Positions 10,100-17,577 of a stretch of 32,000 bases of DNA are shown piece after piece. The stretch comes from Candidatus Saccharimonadota bacterium (GTDB lineage: Bacteria > Patescibacteriota > Saccharimonadia > Saccharimonadales > UBA4665): assembly GCA_963716945.1 (NCBI GenBank), contig OY970322.1:210001-242000 (forward strand), in the 5' to 3' direction. The first letter of the stretch is position 1. Every line of letters begins with the position of its first letter. The notes beneath the pieces are model-generated. The model was not told where the DNA came from, searched no databases, and worked only from the letters and a program-made list of their open reading frames with translations. Made by a program: the position numbers and the translations under genes.

Positions 10100-11773
10100 A
10101 TGAAAGATGAGCTAGAGCAGCAAATCGCGGCGGCCTGCCAGGCCGAATTTGACGTCGAAGCCGGCATCGAACTGACCCGGCCCGAAGAACAGTTTGGCGA
10201 CTACGCCACCAACGCGGCTCTGCAATTATCCAAACAGCTGGGTAAGAATCCGCGCGAAATCGCCGAAACCCTGGCCGTGAAACTTCGCGAAACCTTACAT
10301 GAACAGATCAGCGAAGTAACGGTCGCCGGCCCGGGCTTCATCAACCTGAAGCTAAACGACGAAGCTCTAAAGACCTCACTCGAAGCCAAGCCGCGGCAAT
10401 CGCTGCAAGGCCAAACCGTAGTCGCCGAATACTCCGACCCCAACCCGTTCAAGGTCCTGCACGCCGGCCACCTCTATACCAGTGTCGTCGGCGACGCTAT
10501 CGGCAACTTGCTGGAGACAGCCGGCGCGACCGTCCACCGGGTAAATTTCGGCGGCGACGTCGGCCTGCACGTCGGCAAAACCATGTGGGCCATAATCCAA
10601 GAGCTAGGCGGTGAAAACCCGGACAAACTAGCGGCCGTTCCGGATGCCGGCCGTTCCGACTGGATGGCGCTAGCCTACGTCCAAGGCACCCGGGCCTACG
10701 AAGAAGACGAAGCCGCCAAACCCGAAATCATCGAACTCAACCAACGGGTTTACCGCCTTTACGCCGACAACGACCACGATTCGCCGTTCGCCCAAATATA
10801 CTGGACCTGCCGCCAGTGGAGTTACGACTACTTCGACAGCTTTTACGAACGCATCGGCACCGAATTCGAGAAATACTATCCGGAAAGCGAAACCGCTCCG
10901 CTCGGCCTGCAAACCGTCCGCGACCACATCGGTGAAGTTTACGAAGAAAGCGACGGCGCGGTCGTCTTCAACGGCGAGCAATACGGTTTGCACACCCGGG
11001 TTTTCATTAATTCCAACGGCCTGCCGACATACGAAGCCAAAGACGTCGGGCTGATCATGAAGAAGTGGCAGGACTACCGGTTCGACCAGTCAATCATCAT
11101 CACCGGCAACGACATCATCGAGTACATGAAAGTCGTCCTCAAAAGCATCGAGCAGTTCATGCCCGAATTATCATCGCGCAGCCGCCACTTGACGCACGGT
11201 ATCGTCAAACTGGCCGGCGGCACCAAGATGAGCAGCCGCCAGGGCAACATCCTGCGCGCCGCCGACGTGTTGACGGCCGCCGCCGAAGCCAATCAGCGGG
11301 CCGCCGGCCACGATGATGACCAGACCACCCTCGGCGCCGTCAAGTACGCCTTCCTGAAAATCAGGACCGGCGGCGACGTCATCTACGACCCGGCCGAGTC
11401 GGTCAGCCTGGAAGGCAATAGCGGTCCGTACCTGCAATACGCCCACGCCCGCGCCCGCTCGATCCTGCGCAAAGCCGGCGACGGACAGGCCAAACTGCCC
11501 GATGAGGCCGATTTCGAAGCCGGCGAGCGCTCGCTGGCCCGCAAAATCAGCGAATACTCCGAAACCGTCGACAAAGCCGTCGCCGAACTGATGCCGCACC
11601 ACGTCTGCGCCTACCTCTACGAATTGGCCCAGGTTTTTAACCGTTTCTACGAGCACAACCGGGTCATCGGCGACGGCCGGCAGGACGTGAGGCTGGCGCT
11701 GGTCGGCCGCTATGCCGAGACCCTGCGTTCCGGCCTGGAACTGCTAGGCATTGCCGCGCCGGAACAGATGTAG
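10100..11773 (+). CDS. argS: arginine--tRNA ligase
   Basis: 557 aa class I aaRS with a HIGH-type motif (LHAGHLYT), a KMSKS-type motif (GTKMSSRQGN) and a DALR-like C-terminus. Confidence 0.96.
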   Translation: MKDELEQQIAAACQAEFDVEAGIELTRPEEQFGDYATNAALQLSKQLGKNPREIAETLAVKLRETLHEQISEVTVAGPGFINLKLNDEALKTSLEAKPRQSLQGQTVVAEYSDPNPFKVLHAGHLYTSVVGDAIGNLLETAGATVHRVNFGGDVGLHVGKTMWAIIQELGGENPDKLAAVPDAGRSDWMALAYVQGTRAYEEDEAAKPEIIELNQRVYRLYADNDHDSPFAQIYWTCRQWSYDYFDSFYERIGTEFEKYYPESETAPLGLQTVRDHIGEVYEESDGAVVFNGEQYGLHTRVFINSNGLPTYEAKDVGLIMKKWQDYRFDQSIIITGNDIIEYMKVVLKSIEQFMPELSSRSRHLTHGIVKLAGGTKMSSRQGNILRAADVLTAAAEANQRAAGHDDDQTTLGAVKYAFLKIRTGGDVIYDPAESVSLEGNSGPYLQYAHARARSILRKAGDGQAKLPDEADFEAGERSLARKISEYSETVDKAVAELMPHHVCAYLYELAQVFNRFYEHNRVIGDGRQDVRLALVGRYAETLRSGLELLGIAAPEQM

Positions 11774-11790
11774 CATAATAGTCCCAGACT

Positions 11791-12312
11791 ATGGCGAAAA
11801 AATCTCAGCGGCAAAATTCCGGCAGGGCAACCAATACCGGCGGCACCATCCGTTTCGAAATACCGGCCAGCAGCCGCCAGGCCAAGCAGCAGGTTATTAT
11901 TACTCCCGACATTCATCCGGTCAGCGGTTTCGTCGATTTCCTGCGCGAACACGCCGTCGTCGGCCTGGCCATCGGTTTCGTCATCGGTACGCAGGTGCAG
12001 TCGCTGGTCAAGCAACTGGTCTCCAGCTTCATCGACCCGCTGTTCAAGCTGCTGCTGGGGCAGGCTTTGAGCCAGCGTACTTTCACGCTGCACTGGCACG
12101 GCCGGGCGGCCAACTTCGGCTGGGGCGCTTTCGTTTACGCCCTGCTGGACTTCATTTTCGTACTGGCCGTCATCTATGTCGTCGTCAAATCTCTGCACCT
12201 CGACGAACTGGATAAGCCCAAGCACAAGCCCAAACACCAGGGCAAGCTGCGCAAAAAAGTAGAAGAACTCAAAGTCGAACTGGAGGACGAAGAAGATGAA
12301 ATTATCGGATGA
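11791..12312 (+). CDS. mscL: large-conductance mechanosensitive channel with N-terminal extension
   Basis: [39 protein letters not shown] matches the MscL TM1 signature. A second TM and a charged C-terminal helix are present. Confidence 0.8.
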   Translation: MAKKSQRQNSGRATNTGGTIRFEIPASSRQAKQQVIITPDIHPVSGFVDFLREHAVVGLAIGFVIGTQVQSLVKQLVSSFIDPLFKLLLGQALSQRTFTLHWHGRAANFGWGAFVYALLDFIFVLAVIYVVVKSLHLDELDKPKHKPKHQGKLRKKVEELKVELEDEEDEIIG

Positions 12313-12685
12313 CGAGTGGAAAACCAAGCTCACCCCGGAGCAATACCACATCCTGCGCGAGAAGGGCACCGAAGCCCCGTTCACCGGCAAGCTATTGAAC
12401 CAGCACGGCACCGGCGACTTCATCTGCGCCGCCTGCGGCGCGGTGGTCTTCAAGAGCGACACCAAGTTCGACAGCGGCAGCGGCTGGCCGAGCTTCTACG
12501 ACCCGGCCAACACCGAAGCCGTCAAGCTCACCGAAGACACCAGCCTCGGTATGCACCGGGTCGAAGTCCAGTGCGCCAATTGTGGCAGCCACTTGGGCCA
12601 CGTTTTCAACGACGCGCCCGACCAGCCCACCGGCATGCGCTTCTGTATCAACTCGGCCGCCCTCGACTTCAAAGAAAAGAAATAG
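12296..12685 (+). CDS. msrB: peptide-methionine (R)-S-oxide reductase
   Basis: Two CxxC zinc motifs ([21 protein letters not shown]) and a catalytic RFCINS Cys. Confidence 0.95.
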   Translation: MKLSDDEWKTKLTPEQYHILREKGTEAPFTGKLLNQHGTGDFICAACGAVVFKSDTKFDSGSGWPSFYDPANTEAVKLTEDTSLGMHRVEVQCANCGSHLGHVFNDAPDQPTGMRFCINSAALDFKEKK

Positions 12686-12736
12686 TACGACCTAGCCTGC
12701 AGCGATTACCGGAACCGGATTGACGTATCCTCATTA

Positions 12737-12800
12737 TGTCTAAAATTAAACATAAATTGTTATAATTGAACAATTATCTCAGTAAATTTACTTTTTGCAA
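12737..12800 (+). repeat. copy A of a 64-bp AT-rich upstream module (promoter plus conserved leader)
   Basis: An ungapped hand alignment to 14952-15015 gives 54/64 identical positions. It contains TGTTATAAT and the 10-bp palindrome GTAAATTTAC. Confidence 0.85.
12758..12766 (+). promoter_or_regulatory. extended -10 (TGTTATAAT) for the 12859 operon; predicted ~85-nt leader ending in an AAGGAG SD
   Basis: Consensus TGnTATAAT lies inside repeat copy A, and AAGGAG sits 8 nt before the ATG at 12859. Confidence 0.55.
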
Positions 12801-12858
12801 CTTACCTGTCACTATATCCCGGTAAAGCTCTAGCAAAATAATTCAAGGAGAATACTTT

Positions 12859-13617
12859 ATGTCAGGAAGTGAAGGCGCTCCTGCTGACCCGGGACAAGAC
12901 CCTGCTATAGTCGATCCGGCAGCGGCAAACCAAGCTGACCAAACTTTAAGCCCTGAGCAAATGGCAGCCCGGGCTGAGGAACGCATGGAAGACGTTTATG
13001 ACATCGTTGTAAGCGGCGGCATCGTACGTAATACCCTGGAATTTGGGCATGATCCCAGTAGGCCCGACGATGTATTAACCCCCGCCCTGTATACGGACGG
13101 GGTTGGGATTGCAACTGCACCCGGAGAGAAAGGCGTTGGCATGGAAGCCCCGGTTACGGGAGTCCACGCCAATCGTCCAGATACAGTACCGAGCCCGTTT
13201 AAATCTAGGGAACAGCCCCTGGACCGACCGGATGCAAGCCTAGACTTTTCTCCTGATGGTCGTTACATGTCGCGGCCAAGTCGCGGCCGAGAAGGGCGCG
13301 CAAAGGTACCTCGTTTTGTGAGACTTGTTACGAGAAACGAACAAGGCGAACCTATATATGAAGATGAAGCTTTCCATCTCAAAGACGGCCTGCGCGGCTA
13401 TGCCGTCCAAAGAAAGACTCTTGAAGGTGCCGGTGACGCTCAATACGACCAGGAACCGCATACCGACGTAGAAGAGTTTACTAGGATTGTCACTGAAGCC
13501 ACTGACATAGTTTTGGCTGCGACTAAGGCTCGTGCGGAACAGGAACAGGCGAAACGTACGGTAGCCGAAGCAAGACTTGTAGTAATGGCCGCAAAGGCAC
13601 TGGCTGACTTTAATTAG
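12859..13617 (+). CDS. hypothetical protein (orphan, acidic, largely low-complexity/disordered-looking, coiled C-terminus)
   Basis: 252-aa ORF with a strong SD (AAGGAG-N8-ATG). Its codon usage is AT3-rich relative to its neighbours. I recognise no motif, TM segment or signal peptide. Confidence 0.7.
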   Translation: MSGSEGAPADPGQDPAIVDPAAANQADQTLSPEQMAARAEERMEDVYDIVVSGGIVRNTLEFGHDPSRPDDVLTPALYTDGVGIATAPGEKGVGMEAPVTGVHANRPDTVPSPFKSREQPLDRPDASLDFSPDGRYMSRPSRGREGRAKVPRFVRLVTRNEQGEPIYEDEAFHLKDGLRGYAVQRKTLEGAGDAQYDQEPHTDVEEFTRIVTEATDIVLAATKARAEQEQAKRTVAEARLVVMAAKALADFN

Positions 13618-13632
13618 GGGGTAAACCAAATC

Positions 13633-14262
13633 ATGACAAGAGAACAAGTATCCGCCGATCCGGCTACAGACCTGCCTACACATGATCCGGTGGCACCCCA
13701 GGAACAAGGCCACGAGGCTGATATATTTACCCGTGAGGCAGAGGCCAAACGGGTTATACACGACTCGGCCGGTGCTTTAATGGAGCGTCTCAGACCGGGA
13801 AAGCCGTTTAGGCTCGTACTTGATGTACAGCGCGGTGAACGGGAGCCTGATTCAGCAGGTTTCTATAGGGCATTTCCGCAGGGCACACTTTACCTATATA
13901 CAGAGGTTGACCAAAGAGCGGGTGAACACTATTACGAAATCGGCGAAGCGATGATAAGACCTATTACACTTGATGGGCGTCGAGGCGGCCCAGTCGACAG
14001 TGCTAAACAAGTAGAAGCGGCAATGATTAGTGAGAATTTTCTTGGAAACTTTCAGGATGGTGAAGCGCGTACCAACGATCATCACGACGGCTTGCGCTTT
14101 AGGTTGGCAAGAAGCGCTCGACAGGAAGAGATCGATCCTCGCGCTACCGACGAACGAGTCGTAGCAATACAAGAGATATTAGGCCGAGCTTTGCAGGAAG
14201 TTGTTGGTCGGCTGGAAGCGTCCCAGCAGTCTCAGGAGGCAAATCCGTCCCCAGTAGCCTAA
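13633..14262 (+). CDS. hypothetical protein (orphan)
   Basis: 209-aa ORF starting 15 nt after the previous stop, with an AGGGGG SD-like element upstream. It uses the same atypical codons. I recognise no motif. Confidence 0.65.
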   Translation: MTREQVSADPATDLPTHDPVAPQEQGHEADIFTREAEAKRVIHDSAGALMERLRPGKPFRLVLDVQRGEREPDSAGFYRAFPQGTLYLYTEVDQRAGEHYYEIGEAMIRPITLDGRRGGPVDSAKQVEAAMISENFLGNFQDGEARTNDHHDGLRFRLARSARQEEIDPRATDERVVAIQEILGRALQEVVGRLEASQQSQEANPSPVA

Positions 14263-14945
14263 TGATGGGATGCGGCTCCAGAGCCTTGTTTTTTGACGGT
14301 CTGAAGACCCTGGCGGATTGAGGCGACGGCGCGGTCGACCTCGAAATCGCGGACGACCATCATGATTTCGTTCAGGGTGGTGATGATTTCGATGACCGAA
14401 ATGCCTTCCCAGGCCAGGATGCGCAACGGAAATTGCAGCACGCCGGTGGTTTCGATCTGGCCGTGGGTGCGTTGCAGGCTGATGCCGGTCAGGTCCGGAA
14501 TCGTGCTGACGATAGTCTCGTCTTTGAGCGCCGCCTTAAGGTCTTTGTCCAGGCTTTTACTGGTGATAATTGTGGTTTCGTGCTGGCCCTGGGTGAAGAC
14601 GAACAGCGACGTGTGCCGGTCGTCCATTGCCTGGGCCATGAGCGACAATTTGGCTAGCAGGGCGGGGGAGTTCTTGACTGTCAGTTCGAATAGGTCAGAC
14701 CTGAGCGCCATATTGGCCAGATAATCAGCCGGGTTAACCTGGTAATAGGGCTTCATGGCCGCGGCGTAGCGCTGCAGCGCGATGAATACGGCACTTTCGC
14801 TTACATCCTTAACCAGATCTTTCTCGATCTGCGGCTTGAGCTGCCGGGCCAGGGCCGACAAATTGACCAGTTTGTCAGACATCGCCTCGCGCAGGTAAGG
14901 CGACTGGTTGACGAGTTCTTCGACTTTTTCGGGAATCGTGATCAT
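14259..14945 (-). CDS. ACT-domain-like small-molecule-binding protein (aspartokinase C-terminal-like)
   Basis: 228 aa with host-like GC and codon usage. The C-terminal ISVIEIITTLNEIMMVVRDFEVDRAVASIRQ resembles an ACT beta-alpha-beta-beta-alpha-beta unit. The family call is from memory only. Confidence 0.4.
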   Translation of the reverse strand: MITIPEKVEELVNQSPYLREAMSDKLVNLSALARQLKPQIEKDLVKDVSESAVFIALQRYAAAMKPYYQVNPADYLANMALRSDLFELTVKNSPALLAKLSLMAQAMDDRHTSLFVFTQGQHETTIITSKSLDKDLKAALKDETIVSTIPDLTGISLQRTHGQIETTGVLQFPLRILAWEGISVIEIITTLNEIMMVVRDFEVDRAVASIRQGLQTVKKQGSGAASHH

Positions 14946-14959
14946 TAGCTCTGTCTAAA

Positions 14960-14967
14960 ATTATACA
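14960..14967 (-). promoter_or_regulatory. extended -10 (TGTATAAT) for the ACT-like gene
   Basis: Minus strand reads TGTATAAT-N14-ATG(14945). It lies inside repeat copy B. Confidence 0.5.
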
Positions 14968-14975
14968 TTACTTAT

Positions 14976-14981
14976 TATATA
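14976..14981 (+). promoter_or_regulatory. -10-like hexamer TATATA for the 15061 ORF (positional equivalent of the TATAAT in copy A)
   Basis: It aligns column-for-column with 12761-12766. AAAGGAG lies 10 nt before the ATG at 15061. Confidence 0.45.
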
Positions 14982-15060
14982 TGAACAATTATATCAGTAA
15001 TTTTACATTATGCAAGTGTTTATGTTGTAATTGTCCTGCTATGAAAGGAGCAGCTATTAA

Positions 15061-15918
15061 ATGAGCGAGCAAGCCAAACAAGAGAATCTAGTCGTTGCCG
15101 GTGTTCAGTTGCCTATCACAAGCAATGAAGTATTTATAGAACCAGCGCTTAGTACTGTGTTGGAAGCGGCAGAGGCAAGCCTAAAGGACCATGAAGGTGC
15201 CGAGGGCGACACCTCATCTTATCCTTTTCGTCTTGCCCAGTATGCGGTCCTTGGCGTAACTGAGCTCGCCGCGGTCAGCAATCTGCTCAAATCTCCTGAG
15301 CAAACAGACCAGCTTCTAGCAGCTATAAGCGATCAAAGAGGCAGCTTCTGGGAGGTATTTGACCCTTCGGCGGCGCACAAAGGCCTTACTACATCATCGC
15401 TTGAGTGGGCTAAGCAACAACTGGCTACCGACGCTCCATTAGACGCTGTAGAGATTAAGGACGGTCAAGGCAATTCAATAACTGCCGGGATAAGAGGATT
15501 TATTGAAAAAGTGAGACTTGAAGGGGGTAGGCCTTATGAAATGAGACAGCCAGAACTTTGGGTTAATGTATCAGGCCCAGGTGGTGGGAGCGCTCATTCT
15601 ATTATCCTTGATTACCGGGCTAAGCTTAGGGGCGCTGAAAGAGGCGTATATGCGAGTAAACTTGAGCGCTGGACGCTGAACTGGCAGTCTAGGGAATCGG
15701 GGCATCGACATATGCGCCAGCTGGCCACTCTGGTGCCTTTCTATGGGTCCACGGGCGACTGGATGCGTCTGGTGGACAGGGAAGAGCTAATAGATGGTCA
15801 TTCAGGCGATATTCTTACGAGAACACAATACAGAGTCTTGACCCCTGCCACGGGCGTGGTTCGGAGTGACTCCGCAGTGTACGATAGGAGAGTGATTGAT
15901 AATATGCTGAACGACTAA
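15061..15918 (+). CDS. hypothetical protein (orphan)
   Basis: 285-aa ORF with a strong SD and many AGA/AGG/CTT/GGT codons that are rare in neighbouring genes. I recognise no motif, TM segment or signal peptide. Confidence 0.7.
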   Translation: MSEQAKQENLVVAGVQLPITSNEVFIEPALSTVLEAAEASLKDHEGAEGDTSSYPFRLAQYAVLGVTELAAVSNLLKSPEQTDQLLAAISDQRGSFWEVFDPSAAHKGLTTSSLEWAKQQLATDAPLDAVEIKDGQGNSITAGIRGFIEKVRLEGGRPYEMRQPELWVNVSGPGGGSAHSIILDYRAKLRGAERGVYASKLERWTLNWQSRESGHRHMRQLATLVPFYGSTGDWMRLVDREELIDGHSGDILTRTQYRVLTPATGVVRSDSAVYDRRVIDNMLND

Positions 15919-16280
15919 GTGCGTCCGGAGTACTTAGTGCCCCAAGCGGCCATTTGCTTGAGGATGGGGAGGAGGTCGGTGCCTTTGGAGGTGAGGGCGT
16001 ATTCGGTGCGGGGCGGGACTTCGGCGTAGCTTTTGCGGGTAATGATGCCTTCGGCTTGCAGGTCGTCCAGGCGTTGGCTGAGCGTGCGGGGGTTGATGCT
16101 GCCGACCGAGCGTTCGAGTTCGCAGAAACGTTTCGGGCCGCTGAACAGGTCGCGCAGGATTAGTGCGGTCCATTTGTTGCCGATGATTTGCATGGCACTG
16201 GCGATGCAGCCGACGTGCGGCTCCAGCGGCTTGGCTGCCGCGGCGCGGGGACTGGCTTGCGTAACTGAGGCGGTTTTCAT
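15915..16280 (-). CDS. HxlR-family winged-helix transcriptional regulator
   Basis: GNKWTALILRDLFSGPKRFCELERSV..INPRTLSQRLDDLQAEGIITR...PPRTEYALTSKG is the canonical HxlR pattern. Confidence 0.9.
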   Translation of the reverse strand: MKTASVTQASPRAAAAKPLEPHVGCIASAMQIIGNKWTALILRDLFSGPKRFCELERSVGSINPRTLSQRLDDLQAEGIITRKSYAEVPPRTEYALTSKGTDLLPILKQMAAWGTKYSGRT

Positions 16281-16290
16281 AGCTTTACAA

Positions 16291-16312
16291 AGTATAGTTA
16301 TGCATCTATACT
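16291..16312. promoter_or_regulatory. inverted repeat AGTATAG-N8-CTATACT (candidate HxlR operator)
   Basis: Perfect 7-bp arms lie in the 77-bp divergent intergenic region. A third AGTATAG copy is at 16335-16341. Confidence 0.5.
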
Positions 16313-16357
16313 GGTTAGATTAATAACTATAAAAAGTATAGCATAGGAGAACAAAAT

Positions 16358-16954
16358 ATGAAACTAGCTGTTATCATCGGTGCTACCCGCCAAGGCCGCA
16401 AAACCCCGCAGCAGGCCAAATGGGTGGCTAACACCGCCAAAGGAATGAAGGACGTCGAAGTTGAATTGATCGACCTTAAAGACTATCCGATGCCATTCTT
16501 TGACGAGCCGGTCTCACCGCGTTATAACCCCGACCGCCAGATTGACCCGGCCGTTAAGCCTTGGCTCGACAAGCTGACCGCGGCCGATGCTTACGTGTTC
16601 GTGACACCTGAGTATAATCACTCGGTTACCGGCGTCCTCAAGAACGCTCTGGACTACGTCACCTGGGAACTGCAGCGCAAACCGGCGCAAGTGGTTTCGC
16701 ATGGCGCGGCCGGCGGCGCCCGGGCCGCGACCGACCTCAAGGAAATCCTGTCCGAGAGCAAGGCCGTGCCGCTGCCGACGTACTCGCCGCTGGCCATGGC
16801 CGGTATGAGCGAGATGATCGACGAGGCGGGTAATTTGTCCGAAGCCGCCAAGGCGAACCCCTACGGACCGCAAACTGCCTTGGGGACCATGCTGGATGAG
16901 TTAAAATGGTACAGCGACGCGCTGGCCGCGGCTCGCACCGAAAATCAGACATAG
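16358..16954 (+). CDS. NAD(P)H-dependent FMN reductase family oxidoreductase
   Basis: Has the FVTPEYNHSVTGVLKNALDY signature and a flavodoxin-like N-terminus. It is divergent from the HxlR gene, a common pairing. An AGGAG SD is present. Confidence 0.85.
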   Translation: MKLAVIIGATRQGRKTPQQAKWVANTAKGMKDVEVELIDLKDYPMPFFDEPVSPRYNPDRQIDPAVKPWLDKLTAADAYVFVTPEYNHSVTGVLKNALDYVTWELQRKPAQVVSHGAAGGARAATDLKEILSESKAVPLPTYSPLAMAGMSEMIDEAGNLSEAAKANPYGPQTALGTMLDELKWYSDALAAARTENQT

Positions 16955-16975
16955 TCCGAGAGACTTATGTGTTCA

Positions 16976-17002
16976 AAAAGAGCCCTTAGGGGCTTCTTTT
17001 TG
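16976..17002 (+). terminator. rho-independent terminator (A-tract, GC hairpin, T-tract)
   Basis: Sequence is aaaaagAGCCCttagGGGCTtcttttt, 22 nt after the FMN-reductase stop. Confidence 0.7.
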
Positions 17003-17009
17003 TTATGAT
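17001..17009 (+). promoter_or_regulatory. extended -10 (TGTTATGAT), 7 nt upstream of the orn ATG at 17017; putative leaderless promoter
   Basis: Sequence is TGTTATGAT-tgaggta-ATG. The ORF-track ATG at 17005 lies inside this hexamer. Confidence 0.5.
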
Positions 17010-17016
17010 TGAGGTA

Positions 17017-17577
17017 ATGATTGACAAACACGCCGTTTCGACCAAGCTGCTGTGGGTGGATTTGGAGATGACAGGGCTTGATCCGCTGGAGGACGTGATA
17101 CTCGAAGTGGCGGCCGAAGTCACTGACTTCGATTTCAAGACCCTGGCCAGCTACGAAGCTATCGTCAAGCAGCCGCGCGACTTGGTGATCGAGCGGATGG
17201 GCAAGAATATCTGGTGGAAAGACTATCCCAAGAACCGCGACGAGTTCGTCCGCAAGCTGGACGACGGCAAACCGGCCGAAGAGGTCCAGAGCGAGCTGAT
17301 TGGGCTGATCGAGACGCATTTCGGCGACGAGCCGGCGGTTTTGGCCGGCAACAGCATCCACAATGACCGCAGCTTTATCAAACAATGGTGGCCGCAGTTG
17401 GACCTGAAGCTCCACTACCGCATGCTTGACGTCAGCGCTTGGAAGGTTCTCATGCAGGCCAAATACGGCGTCCAGTTCGAGAAGAAAGAAATCCACCGCG
17501 CGTTCGACGACATCCAGGCCTCAATCGCCGAGTTGCAGCATTACCTGGAGTGGTTCAAAGACCAGCAGGCCGATTAA
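17017..17577 (+). CDS. orn: oligoribonuclease (DEDDh 3'-5' exonuclease)
   Basis: Has LLWVDLEMTGLD, GNSIHNDRSFI and HRAFDDIQASIAEL (DEDDh motifs). The start is moved to the second Met on promoter grounds. Confidence 0.9.
   Translation: MIDKHAVSTKLLWVDLEMTGLDPLEDVILEVAAEVTDFDFKTLASYEAIVKQPRDLVIERMGKNIWWKDYPKNRDEFVRKLDDGKPAEEVQSELIGLIETHFGDEPAVLAGNSIHNDRSFIKQWWPQLDLKLHYRMLDVSAWKVLMQAKYGVQFEKKEIHRAFDDIQASIAELQHYLEWFKDQQAD

Larger units (their letters stand above)
14952..15015 (+). repeat. copy B of the 64-bp AT-rich upstream module (bidirectional promoter region)
   Basis: 54/64 identical to 12737-12800. It lies between the divergent ACT-like gene and the 15061 ORF. Confidence 0.85.

Noticed and set aside
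11710-12465. 251-aa ORF on the minus strand spanning the argS end, mscL and the msrB start
   Set aside because: It lies antisense to three well-supported genes, has low-complexity composition and no start-site signals. It is a typical shadow ORF of GC-rich DNA.
13240-13761. 173-aa minus-strand ORF crossing the junction of the two orphan ORFs
   Set aside because: The product is Cys/Phe/Arg-rich with no SD or promoter, and it is antisense to two ORFs that each have proper SDs. It is probably spurious, although the plus-strand ORFs are themselves unvalidated.
12686-15918. Calling the orphan-gene region a mobile element or prophage remnant
   Set aside because: No integrase, transposase, tRNA target, terminal inverted repeats or flanking direct repeats are visible. 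The two 64-bp copies are promoter-like modules in the same orientation, not element ends. Only the compositional anomaly remains.
14259-15918. CTAA interlocked stops at both orphan/host junctions as insertion scars
   Set aside because: The same 4-nt stop interlock occurs at the unrelated orn/GT2 and YjbR/PQ-protein junctions, so it is a general compaction feature.
12859-15918. Possible paralogy among the three orphan proteins (faint RLV-x4-5-GE-x0-2-P similarity between the 12859 and 13633 products)
   Set aside because: The match is too short and too gapped to distinguish from chance by eye. It needs profile or structure comparison.
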